A stretch of DNA of 20,000 nt from Candidatus Lindowbacteria bacterium RIFCSPLOWO2_12_FULL_62_27 (GTDB lineage: Bacteria > Lindowbacteria > 2-12-FULL-62-27). The notes beneath the pieces are model-generated. The model had not been told where the DNA came from. It worked only from the letters and a program-made list of their open reading frames with translations, and did no database searches. The translations under genes and the position numbers were made by a program. Shown here piece after piece: positions 1 through 12,500 of the stretch; position 1 is the first letter of the stretch; each line of letters begins with the position of its first letter. Where the stretch lies: positions 51,994 to 71,993 of the forward strand of contig MFPR01000019.1 of assembly GCA_001784175.1 (NCBI GenBank). Reading direction: 5' to 3'.

Positions 1-57
1 CCTGTGCCTCTTGCGGCTAATTTTGAGACAGGTTCTAGTGTGATTTTCGGCGAAGGG

Positions 58-324
58 TTATTTTCGGCCGTTGAGGATGGCGGTATAGAGCTGATCGATG
101 CGTCGGTTGAGGTCGGCGAATTTCCGGTCCATGGCCTCGAACCGGCGGTTGATGTCCGACTGCAGGTTGTCGAATCGCAATTTCAGATGTTCCATTCTCC
201 GGCGCGGTTCTCCCACGTCCTGTTTGAAGTCCGACAACCCTTCTTTCAACGAGTCCATCCGTTTGTCGATCAAATCATACAGCATTTCCTTGGTGATCCG
301 TTTGACGATGTCCTGAGCTTTCAT
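58..324 (-). CDS. Small (88 aa) coiled-coil hypothetical protein
   Basis: The ORF track gives 58..360 with a TTG start. The ATG at 324 (MKAQDIVKRITKEMLYDLIDKRMDSLK...) is preferred because 332-360 forms a promoter. Heptad-like pattern RFDNLQSDINRRFEAMDRKFADLNRRIDQLY. No catalytic motif recognised. Confidence 0.7.
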   Translation of the reverse strand: MKAQDIVKRITKEMLYDLIDKRMDSLKEGLSDFKQDVGEPRRRMEHLKLRFDNLQSDINRRFEAMDRKFADLNRRIDQLYTAILNGRK

Positions 325-331
325 CGCCCTC

Positions 332-360
332 ATCCTACCCACCGCGTCGACGGCAGTCAA
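332..360 (-). promoter_or_regulatory. sigma70-type promoter (-35 TTGACT, 17-bp spacer, -10 TAGGAT) for the coiled-coil gene
   Basis: The minus strand reads TTGACT(360-355)-gccgtcgacgcggtggg(17 nt)-TAGGAT(337-332)-gagggcg-ATG(324). Confidence 0.65.
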
Positions 361-404
361 GAAAGCGCGGAGAGCTTACGTAAGGGGTCGGTGGAAGGGG
401 GCAT

Positions 405-539
405 GAAACAATTTCACACGAATGAACACGAATGTCCGAGCACGAATGAGCACGAATTTTTTTATGGTTTAAACTTCGAAAATCTCTTATTCGTGGGCGT
501 TCGTGTTCCATATTCGTGTCCATTCGTGTCAAATGTTTC
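405..539. repeat. Imperfect inverted repeat of ~50-bp arms, each built of four CACGAA(T) sub-repeats, around an AT-rich 31-nt spacer
   Basis: Left arm 405-457: gaaacaatttcaCACGAATgaaCACGAATgtccgagCACGAATgagCACGAAT. Reverse complement of right arm 489-539: gaaacatttgaCACGAATggaCACGAATatggaaCACGAAcgccCACGAAT. Confidence 0.9.
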
Positions 540-566
540 CTCTGTTTACCAACCGGGTACGAGCTT

Positions 567-3500
567 ATGTTGACCCCCCGCCCGATTCTGTCCCGGTTCC
601 TGGTTTCCGGATTCGCGATCCTCTCCCTCGCCCTCCTCGCGCCACAGCCGGCGATCGGGAAGATGATGTCGGATTCGATTGTGATTTTTGAAGTCTCTGT
701 TGGGGCCGGAGCTGTGGCAGATGAGTACATGACGCTGTACAATCCCACGCCGGACTCCAAAGGATTGACGGCGTATCGCATGACACGGGCAACTGCAACG
801 ATGGCGACTATGAGCGTCATTACGTCGAGAATTGACAGTACTGTTGCAGACACGATTGGCCCTTTTGGATTTTACCGGCTGGTTTCAGTGGGCGCCAATG
901 CCGTTCTTCGAGGAACAGCAGACAGCGTGTCAAGCACGGCCACCTTGGCCGCGGACAATCAGATAATGCTTGGCCAAGCCACTTCGAACACAAACTATAC
1001 GGACAGTAGAGATCGGCTGGGGTGGGGTGCCGTCACTACTCGAAAGTTTACTGAAACGCAGGCGGTGACAGACACTACACCCGGCAATCCGCCAGCCGGC
1101 AAGGCGCTCTATCGTTTTCCGGGCAAGATTGCCGGGGGCATGATCGACCGACAACGAAACGGATTTGATTTTGATACGGCTTTGGTCACGGATACGTTCA
1201 ACACAGGGACGCGCCACCGCCGCGTTGTATTTTCATGCACGACGCCGACCAAGGCGGTGCGGGTCGGATTGGCATTCAACCTCTACTGTACGGCCACCGT
1301 CGTATATGGCGACACCTACTGGATACAGGACACGAACGTGGTCGCCTCCTATAGCGGAGATTCCGCGTGGGCGGATCTGACCGGATGGGGGAAGGACACG
1401 CTGGTGGTGGACAGTTCGGGCGACACGGCGGACACAACGGGGATATTCAGGAACGGGCTTTGTACAATGACGCTGCGGTTTACACCCTTTGCTCGCATCG
1501 CCGACACGGTTCGGATTGTGGCTTCGGACGCCTATTGTACAGGCTTCATCATTTTGCGCGTTTTCGACTCGCCGACCGCTGATCTTCCCGCGATTGGCCA
1601 TGAGACGAACGTGATTGATTTTCTTGTTAGGTGGACCATGTCGGACAGCTCGGGATTCGACAGTTACGAAATCGAGGTGTCAAAGAGCGTTGGCTTCTCG
1701 AGCATCGCCTTTGCCGACACCATCGACATCACGCAGACCAGCGACACGATCACGGGATTGTACAACGACACGTACTATTGGCGCGTGCGGTTCATCGACA
1801 ATTTCGGCGTACGCGGGAACTGGTCGGAGACGCGGTCGTTTGTGACGGACACCCTCATCGGCGCGCCGACGGCCTCGTATCCCGCGGACGCGCATGAGAC
1901 GACGTCATCGTCCGTGGTCGTCGGCTGGACGCAGGTGTCGTCCGACAGCGTGGGGATCGACAGTTACGCGGTTGAGGCGTCGACCAATGCGGGGTTCACG
2001 GCGATGGTCTTGACGGACACCGTCGACGGCACGCGCGACAACGACACGGTGACGGCGGCGACGGAGGCCACCTACTCCTGGCGTGTCCGCGCGATCGACG
2101 ATCTGGGCAATGGCGGGTCGTATTCAACGACGAGGACATTTGTGCGGACATCGGCGTCGGCGTCGCCGACGCCGAGCGTGAAGGTCGACGGCGACAGTTC
2201 GGACTGGGTGGGGACGCGGTCGAGCACCGTTCACGACACGGTCATATCGCTGGGCGAGTGGATATATTCAGGCGACCCGAATGATGTGCGGGGGGAAGGC
2301 ACGGACCCCGACGAGAATTACGACATCACGGAGGCGCGGCTGTCAGGCGATACGCTTCATCTTTTCATGCTCGTCGTCATGGAGGGCATCTCCTCCAACA
2401 CACTGCCGTTTGTGGGTCTGTCGGTCGACGTGGATCAAGTTTCCTACGGCATGGACTGGGCCCTGGCGGACGACGGCATGGCGAACGGCTACCCGTCCTC
2501 CGACAGATATTCCGAAACCAATGTGAGTTTCCATAGGGTGTCCGGCTCAGACACAATCGAGATGTTCGAGGCCAGCGGGTCGTGGGGCGGAAATTGGTGG
2601 CATTCTCCAGTCGCCACGCCCCGTGCCGCGGATTCGATATCGATCAGCACGACGAACGAGGTTGTGGAGGCGGCGCTTCGCTGGGAAGATCTCAGCGTGA
2701 CGCTGCCCAAACGGCTCAAATTCGTGCTGGCCAGCGCCGAAAACGACGGCACCTCGTGCGACAACGACGGCACGGTGGACAGAGCCGATGCCGACATCCT
2801 TGACGTCGTCACGCCGTATTACTCCGGCTCGGCGAGTTCATGGACGCGCGACATCATCGACGATGAATACGATTACTCGTTCGTTGTCAACTTCAACAAA
2901 AACGGCAAAGTCAATCACCCGCCGGACACCCCGACTTTGAGCTCTCCGGCGGACGGCACGATTTACACGTCCGCCACCACCGTGACGATGTCGTGGACCC
3001 TGAACGACGCGACGGCCGACGTCTCCAAGGACTCGATGGTCCATATCCAGATCGGCACCAACTCGGACTCGAACGACGTGCTGGACACGAAGATCCATGG
3101 CGCCGACCTCGATCTGGACTTCCGGTTCTGGATGGAGGACACCTACTACTGGCGCATCCGCCATGCCGACGATTTCAACACGTCGCCGTGGACGAAGTCC
3201 CGGCAATTCGGGATACAGCTTTCGGCCACGACCGGGTTCGCCGTGGACGGCGACACGTCGGAGTGGACCGGGACGCCCTCATCGACGGCGCATGACACGG
3301 CGATCTCGAACGGCGAGTTCATCTACACCGGCGTCGCCTACGACATGCGGACCGACCCGGACATCTGGACGGATTCCAACTACGACATCACACAGGTGCG
3401 GTTTTCCGGAGACACGAACCATCTCTACCTCATGGTGGCGATCTCGGTATTGAGCGACCGCCGCGCGCCGCACATTGCGTTCAATGTGGACCTCGATCAG

Positions 3501-6500
3501 CTTTCGGGCGATGGTTCGCTCGACTGGATCGGCCCGGACGACGGCGCGACCCTTGCGGGCACCACGCAGTACGGCGAGACAAACGTTTCTCTGCACGTCG
3601 CCGGCCGGGGGACTTCGTACGACTCGGCCACCTATCCCGAAATCGAGATGTTCGCGCAGGACTGGACGAGCTGGCATTCTCCGTCGGCCGGGTCGTACGA
3701 TTCGGTGGCGATCAGCAACGCGAACAACGTGATCGAAGCGGGATTTCGGTGGCCGGACATCATCGGCGGCGGCGGAACGCTTCCGAAGAAAATCCGGATC
3801 GCGCTGGCCTCCTACAGCAACAACACGTCATGGAACAGCAACAGCGCCGCGACGCATGACGTTACGGGATCGGCCGACGCGATGGACAACATCCGGCCGT
3901 ATGCCGGCACCACCTGCGCCGCCTGTCCCGCTTCTTGGGACTGGGACCTCGTCGACGCCGATTATGACACGTCGGTCACGATCGAATTCAACAGGACCGG
4001 CCGCGTGAACCATATTCCCGGCCAGCCGTCCGTGTACTCTCCCGCGAACGGTTCATCTTTCTCGGAAGCGGACAATCTCATCACCCTGCAATGGTCGATC
4101 AACGACGCGGACAGTTGGACCGCGCTGGACTCGGCCGTCTTCGTGCAGGTCACCAACCGCCGCGGCATCTTGATTCTGGACACCGAACTCGTCGGCCCCG
4201 ACGCCGATCTCGTCTACCGGTTCCCGGCCGGCGACAGCTTCTACTGGCGTGTGCGGCACTCGGACGATTTCGAAACCTCGCCCTGGTCGGACAGCGGCTA
4301 TTTCTCCGTCAGCGACACGATTGACATCAAGACCCCGGTGGACGCGACGGGCGGGACGCAAGAGACGACCAACGCGACGGTGACGCTGACCGGATACGCC
4401 GGTTCGAGCGACACGACGTCCGACACAGTGCAGGTCACGGTGAACGGCGCCGAGACGACCGTGATGTTTCTATCGAGCGCCGGCGTGTGGTCCTGTTCGG
4501 CGACGCTGGCCGACCGTGCCGGCGAATCGGTCATCATCCGGCTGTTCAACAACGGCGTGCAGACGGCGAACGACACGATCAACCTGTTCTATGACGCGAC
4601 GAAACCGCGGATCACCAAAATCTCCGACTCGTCCCTGCGGGACGCTTCGAGCGCCAGTGTGAGCGACACGGTGTTTTTCTACATCTTCGACACCGGCGTC
4701 GGATTCGGCGGCGACGGCGGCTGTACGTTGTACTGGCACATCGACAGCGGCGCGAACACGAACTGGTCCGTCGCGACGGAGAGCAGTTCCAGCCCGTCCG
4801 GCACGACGACGATCGAGGCGATGATTCCGGTCAGCACATTCAATCCGCTGGTCGACACGCAGGTGGGATTCTGGTGGATTTGCCGGGACGACCTCGGGAA
4901 CCTCATGGATTCGACTTCGCTGTCCCCCAGTTACCTGGATGTGAGACCCGGCACATTCACAGTCGAGGTCGTCGGCGTCCGGGACATCGTGATCAACGAA
5001 ATCATGTGGGGCGGCAGTGGGGGAGAATACATTGAATTGCGGAATATGACGGGCGTGGCCATCCGACTTACGAACTGGGTCCTGAAGGACCTCGCAAGTG
5101 ACCCGACAAGCATGTTCGCCTTCCAATCTGCGGACAGCATCCCGGCCTACGGGTTTTTCCTGGCATTGGATTCGGGTGCGATTGACGACACGAGCAGTCA
5201 TGCCACCAGGTTTCCACGGACCAACTCGGCCCTCACTTTGACCAATACTGGAGACTCGATATCGCTGGTCTCCGATGGCGGTCTCGATATTGACTCCGCA
5301 TGGTTCAACGGCGGCTGGCCCGCCGGTTCCGCGACGGGCGACGGCACTTCGATGGAGCGCAAGCCTTCTCCCGGCTACGGCAACGCGTCCTCGGACTGGG
5401 ACGACTGCACCACGACTCTTTATCCGGGCACGGGCGGCCGGACCACCGGCACGCCCGGGCACCGCAACACGAACGTGGACAGTGTGACGTTCAGCGTGGT
5501 CTCTTCCGGCGGCACGTATGAAACGAACGCGACGGGGATCACGCTGACCGGCTTCTGCTCCTTGCAGTCCGGAGATTCCGTTTGGATTTTCATCAGCAAC
5601 ACCGCGGCCGAATCGACGGTTCTCACCAGCGGCGGCGTCTGGAGCGTGTCCGGCATCGATCTTTCGGGCACGAAGCGCGGGGAGAGCATCGCGATCTACA
5701 CGTTCGATGACAGCGTCTATGCCCGATCCGACACGATCACCATCGTCTATGACGCGGTCGTGAGTCAGGTGAGCCTCTCGGCCCCGGCGACCGGCCACGA
5801 GACGACATCGATCAGCGTGGTGTTGAGCTGGAGCGCGGTGTCGGACACCGTGGACATCGACAGCTACGCGTTGGAGGTGTCGAAGAACACGGACTTCACG
5901 AACATGGTTTTCACGGACACCCTCGACGGCACGCGGACGAACGACACCTCGACGGGTCTTTACAACGACACGTACTACTGGCGAGTGCGCGCGATCGACG
6001 ATCTGGGCAACGGCGGCCCGTATTCGGACACGCGCGGATTCGTGACGGACACGATCGTGGGCGCCCCGACGTTGTCGCAGCCGTCGGACGGGCACGAGAC
6101 GACCTCGATCAGCGTGGTGGTGAGCTGGAGCCTGTCCGACAGCGTTGGGATCGACAGCTTCGCGGTGGAGGCGTCGAAGAATACGGCCTTCACAAACATC
6201 GCCTTCACGGACACGATCGACGGCTCGCGGACGAACGACACGGTGACAGGTCTGTACAACGACACGTACTACTGGCGCGTGCGCGCGATCGACGATCTGG
6301 GCAATCGCGGCCCGTATTCGGACACGCGCGGATTCGTGACGGACACCCTGGTCGGCACGCCGGCGGCCTCGTATCCGGCGGAAGCGCATGAGACGACCGT
6401 GACATCCGTGGTGGTCGGCTGGTCGGCCGTGTCGTCGGACAGCGTGGGGATCGACAGTTACGCGGTGGAGGTGTCGAGGAACGGGGCCTTCACGGAGATG

Positions 6501-9500
6501 GCGCTGACGGACACGATCGACGGCACGCGGACGAACGACACGGTGTCGGCGTCGACCCCGGCCACCTACTCCTGGCGTGTGCGCGCGATCGACGATCTGG
6601 GCAACTCCGGCGCCTATTCGTCCACGGCGACGTTCGTCCGGACGGTGACCCAGAGCATCACCATCGATGGAGACAGCAATGATTGGCCGGGCACGCCGTC
6701 GACGACCGCTCATGACACGGTGATTTCAAGCGGGGTGTTCATCTACACGGGCGTGGCGGGCGACGAGCGAACGGAGGTGAACGACTGGTCGGACCTCAAT
6801 TACGACATCACCCAGGTCCGTTTCTTCGGCGACACCAATTTCTTCTATGTCCTGGTCGTCATGCAGGACATCACCGACAGCCGCGGCCCGTACGTCGGCC
6901 TTGGAATCGACAAGGATTCCGCGACCTCGGACGGCGACCTGAACTGGATCGCGGACGAGGACGGCCTGACCGTCGCGGGCGCCAACCACGATCCGGAGTC
7001 GTCCGTCCGGCTGTCCGTGGCGGGCCGGTCGAACGGAAGCGCTCCGGAAATCGAGATCACCGACGAGGCGGCCGGCCTCGGTTCGTGGCAAGCTCCGACG
7101 AATTCGGGCGGGCACGCGGCGACCGCGTACGAATCCGTCGCGATCAGCGTCTCCAACAACGTGATCGAGGCGGCCCTCCAGTGGAAGGATCTCAGCGTCA
7201 CACTCCCGGCCAGACTGAACTTGACCCTGGCTGCGTACAGCAACACGACTCCGGCGGACTGGGCCAACAACAACGACGCCACCGCAGACAACGGCGCCAT
7301 CGACGGCGCCGACGTGATGACGCCCTATTGCACGAACGGCGACAACGCCTGGGGCCGGGATTTATCGGACGCCGACTTCGACAGTTTCGTGACCGTCGGT
7401 TTCAACAAGACCGGCCAGGTCAACTATCGGCCCTTCGTGCCGACGCAGGACACGCCGGGGAATCTGTATGTATTCACAGAATCGAACAACTCGATCACGT
7501 TGCAGTGGCAGATCAGCGACGCCGACAGCAACGTGGCCAAGGATTCGATGGCCCAAATTCAGGTGACGACCGGCACGGGCCGGACGGTTCTGGACACGAA
7601 GATTCAAGGCTGGGACCCCGACCTCGTTTACAGGTTCCTGTCGGGCGACAGTTATTACTGGCGTGTCCGGTACGCGGACGATTTCGAGACAACGACGTGG
7701 ACGGACAGCCTCGTGTTCAGGGTGTCGGACACGATCGACATCAAGACGCCGGTGGACGCGACGGGCGGGACGCATGAGACGACGACGCAGGTGGTGGTGT
7801 TGACGGGTTATGCCGGCTCAGGCGATACGACAACCGACACGGTGCAGGTCACGGTGAACGGGGCCGAGACGACCGTCATGTTTTTATCGAGCGCCGGCGT
7901 GTGGTCCTGTTCGGCGACGTTGCGGGACCTCGCGGGTGAATCAGTGATCGTCCGGTTGTTCAACAACGGCATTCAGACCGCCAACGACACGATCAATCTG
8001 TTTTACGACGCGACGCCCCCGCGGATCACCCGAATCGGCGACACGTCCGTGCGGAACGACTCGACGGTTCGCGGGTCGTCGGACACGATCTTTTTCTATG
8101 TGTTTGACACCGGCGTCGGATTCGGCAGCGCCGGCGGCTGTACGCTGTACTGGCACGCCGACACGGGCACGAACATCAACTGGGTGGTCGCGTCGGAGAG
8201 CAGTTCCAGTCCGTCGGGCACGACGACGATCGAAGCGATGATCCCGGCCGCCACTTGGAGCCCGTCCGTGGACACGGATATTGGTTTTTGGTGGGTGTGC
8301 CGGGACGATCTGGGCAACACGATGGACTCGACGTCGCTGTCGCCCAGCTACATCGAGTCGCGGCCGGGAACCTACACGGTCGACGTCCTCACCGTGGGCG
8401 ACGTGGTCATCAACGAAATCATGTGGGGCGGCCGGTCCGGTTCCGGCGAATACATCGAGCTTCGAAACGCGTCGAGCCTGGCCGTCAGTTTGACGAACTG
8501 GGTTTTGCGCGACAAGGGCGGCGGGTCGAGCGGATTTTCGATCACCTTTCAAAGCGCGGACAGCATCCCGGCCGGCGGATTTTTTCTGGTGATGGATTCC
8601 GGCGCGATCGACGACACAAGCAGCCACTACGTCCGTTTCCCTCCGAAGACCGGCGGCATCGCGTTGACGGACGGCGGCGACTCGATCGAGTTGCTCACCG
8701 ACGTCGGCGCCGAGATGGACTCGGCCGTTTTCACAAGCGGCTGGCCGGCAGGCTCTGCAACAGGGGACGGCAAGTCGATGGACCGCACGCCGACGCCGGG
8801 CTACGGGAACACTTCGACGAACTGGGAGAACGGCTGGGACAGCGCAGCCGACGGCGGCCGGGCGAACGGTTCGCCCGGACACCGCAACCCGAACGCGTCG
8901 CCGTATGTGACGGTCTCTCCGGATTCGACGCCGGCGGCGACGGGCGGCCGCGGGGTGTGGACATTCACGTTCACGAACGGCCAGACGGCGTTTACGAGCG
9001 GCCGGCTTGTGATGCAGATCGACACCGGCGGGTCGACCGACCAGACCAACAACTGGACCCAGCCGCAGACGTCGACGTCGTCTTCGCCCGGCTATGTCAC
9101 CACGAGCGTGTCGAACGGCACGCTGGGCACGGTCACGACATCCGGCGATTCCGTCATCATCGACGTGACGTCTCTCACGGCGACCACCGGCCAGATCACG
9201 ATCACGTACGGAAGCGTCACGGCCAACACCGGGGGCGCCGCCAAAGTCCGGACGACCACCGGCCGGGCCTATTTCCGTTTTTATTATGATGAGGACAGCA
9301 CCGTCACCGCGCCCGTGCGGGACACGGCCGAGGTGACGATCCCGATCGTTTCGCTGTCCGGCGGATCGTTCGCGGACACCGACCCGGCCTCCAACCCGCA
9401 GAGTTTTATCGGTTCGGAATACGCCGTGACCATCAAGGTCAAGGACTCGAACAACAACGCGGTGCACGCCGCCCATGTCTGGGCCACGCTGCCGGCCGAC

Positions 9501-12500
9501 GGCGCCGACTCGCAGTTGTCGGAGTACTCGTCGTTCGGCGGCGCCTACGACACGACCGGCAACGGCGTCACGCGGATCGGCGGCTACACGAACGGTTCCG
9601 GCAATTTCCAATTTAATCTGAAAGTTTCCGCGACCGTCGGCCTCAATCAGGTCAAGATCGACGACACGGACGTGTCGTCGCTCGGTCCGACCACCTACTC
9701 CGACTCGGCGCGTCTGCCGTCGCTGGTGATCAGCGAGATCATGTGGGCCGGCGGCGGCGAGTACATCGAGCTGTACAATCCGACGCACGAAACGCAATCG
9801 CTCAACAATTTCGGCATCTGGACGCAGGCGGCCACGGACGACGCCAACCGGATTCAATCCGTCGACACGGCGACGATGGGCAAGGTCGGATATTTGAACC
9901 CATTTTCCTACGCGCTCATCGCCGGCGCCGCCGATCTGGCCCAGGACAGCGGGTTTTCCCCGGTCAATACCGGCCCCATCGATGTCCCCACGCTGGCGGA
10001 CGCCGGAGAAAGTTTCTGGCTCGTGAACGCGCAGGGCGGAACGCTCGATCGCATTTACAAAACCACGACGGGCTTTTTTGCCGGGAGTTCAAACCCCGCC
10101 GGAGACACGTCGATGGAGCGCGTCAACCCCTCGCGCGGCGGCGGCATTTCCTCGTCCTGGGACGCGTCCGACTCCGTCCTGAACACGTCCGACGGCGGCG
10201 GCGGCGGCGGATCTCCGGGCCGGCCCAACGCGAAGTCGTTGTATTCGACGGAAGTCGACCGGCTGGATTCCTTCATCGGCCGAGCGAACGGATCGACGAT
10301 GGACACGGCGCGCGTGACGCTGATTCTAAAAATCGCGAACGGCGACACCCAGCCCAACCAGGAGATCGGTCTATCGGCGGTGGTCAGTCTGGGCCCGCAG
10401 AATCAGGATTCGACCTGGTACCTCTCCTATCCGTCGACGACCAACAGCGCCGGCACGGCGGCGATCACCGTCTCGGCGAACGGAAACAACACCTCCGGCA
10501 CCGTTCACATCCGTCTGCGCCAGCCGTACGGCGCGACCGACAGCGCGTTCATCGTGTTCGACCGCGGGGACAGCATGGCGTACGTGTTCACGTCCTCCGA
10601 GACGAACGTATGGGACACATCAGCGACGAATGCGATGCTGGTCTACGTCGCCTTTTACGACTCGTTCTCCGGCATCGACACGGCCATCATGCCGAAACTG
10701 CAGTGGAAGATCGGCGCCGCCGGCACGTTCTCGACCATGACGAACATGACGAACGTATCGGGCGAGACGCACCTGGCGAGGATCGACATCTCGACCGACA
10801 CGTGGTCCAAGATCGCGCACGATTCGATCTACTGGCGCGTGACATGGCGCGACAAGGCCGGCAATTACGACACGTCGCCGGACAATAACGCGGCCACGGC
10901 CGAATACATCGACAACACGAAGGCGCGGGACACGCTGACCTATCCGACCACGACCGACACCCTGTCGGGCACGAGCGCGAATGTCAAGTTCAAACTGGTG
11001 GATGCGGCGAACGACGCGTGCACGGTCATTCTCAAGTACGACAGTTACAGCAACGGCAACTGGCAAACCATCACGATGAACTCCGGGTACAATCAGCTCT
11101 CCTCCATCCGCTCGACCCCCGACGGTCTTTTGTACGACACCCTGCAGTGGAACACGATCACGGACCTTCCGGAGACCCGCGTTTACAGCATCCGGCTTCG
11201 CATCGAAGTGTTCGACGGCTACGACACGTATACGGAGACGAGTTCCACGTTCACCGTCGACAATCTGCCGCCCGACACCGCGCAGATCGTGATTCCTGTG
11301 GCGATGGGCAATCTGGAAAACACGACGACGGTCCAGATCCGGTGGAGGTTCACCAGCAGTGTCGCCGACGACACGCAGGGCTCGTGGCTGATGGAGATCG
11401 ACACAGGCCCAAATCCGGACTGGGCGCAGCTTGCGGACAGCCAGAGCCGCGGCAACAGCCGGAACGAAACGTACACGGCGCCGCTGGCGGGCGGCCAGCG
11501 GTATCACGTGCGGATCCGGACGTGGGGCAAGTACGGCGTGGCGGGTCCGTATTCGAGCGACACGTGGTTCTGGGTCCCGCGCCGGGTGATGGACGGGCAG
11601 ATGAACGACTGGCAGCAAGACACGTCGGGCGCGGACACGGACGCGGGATTCGTGGCGGGCGGTGAATTCATCTGGATGGACCGGATCGGGGACAGGCGGA
11701 ACGACGCGGCGGTGGATGACGATTATGACCTGCACGAATTCCGGGTCATCTCGGACTCGTACTTCTACTACTTCCTCTTCCGCAACGTATCCATGACGAC
11801 CACGTCGATCCTGTACTCGATCTCGATCGATTCGGACCGGTCGGGTGCGGACACGGATTTGAACTGGTTCGGCGACGAATCGAACGGCGGCGGCAGCACG
11901 TCGATGGGCCGGGGCGGCGAGCAGTACGGCGAGTTCAATTTCGACTATGCCCTGGCCGGCGCCGACTCTCCGATCTGGTTTTACACCGACACGACGGGGA
12001 CATGGCGCAAGGAAAATTATTACTCGCGCGAGTACATGAGCGGCACGAACAAGATCGCCGAGATGGCGATTCCCAAAATGGCGCTGCGTCCGCGGATGGT
12101 GGGCGACACGATGCGCCTGACGATCGCGACCGCGGAGAACAATTCCGGCGATCCGAATTTGGTGGACCGCACCGTCGACTACTCGCCGGACCATCTGGAC
12201 GACATTTATCCGGGCTTTGCGGGCGGCAGCGCTTGGGACGATCTGTCGGATGGCGACATCGATTTCTACGTCGACATCTTTTTCCGCGACACCGGCGATG
12301 TCCGGTCGAACGCGTCGCCGACCGGATCGATGGCCGCGCTCGCCCCGGCGGACAATTCCGAAACCTACGTCCAGGGCGTGGCCTTCCGGTGGGCGCCCGC
12401 CGCGGACGCGGATGCCGCCGACACGGTGACGTACTGGTTCCGGTTCGACGACGACAGCGGGTTCGGCGGTATCGTCGACTCGCAGGCCGTTCTCGTGCGC

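Noticed and set aside
405-539. CACGAAT repeats as a CRISPR array
   Set aside because: The units are 6-7 nt with 3-7 nt linkers in inverted arms. There are no 25-40 nt repeats with unique spacers and no cas genes.
516-566. ORF-track start of the giant gene at 516
   Set aside because: It lies inside the inverted repeat. The ATG at 567 places the signal peptide at the N-terminus.
4-853. ORFs 4..573 (+) and 335..853 (-)
   Set aside because: They are antisense to better-supported genes and run through the repeat element, giving repeat-derived peptides such as TNEHE.
3915-3929. CAACP as a heme c or redox motif
   Set aside because: It is CxxCP, not CxxCH. It occurs in one variable loop of a single DOMON-like copy and is most simply a local disulfide.
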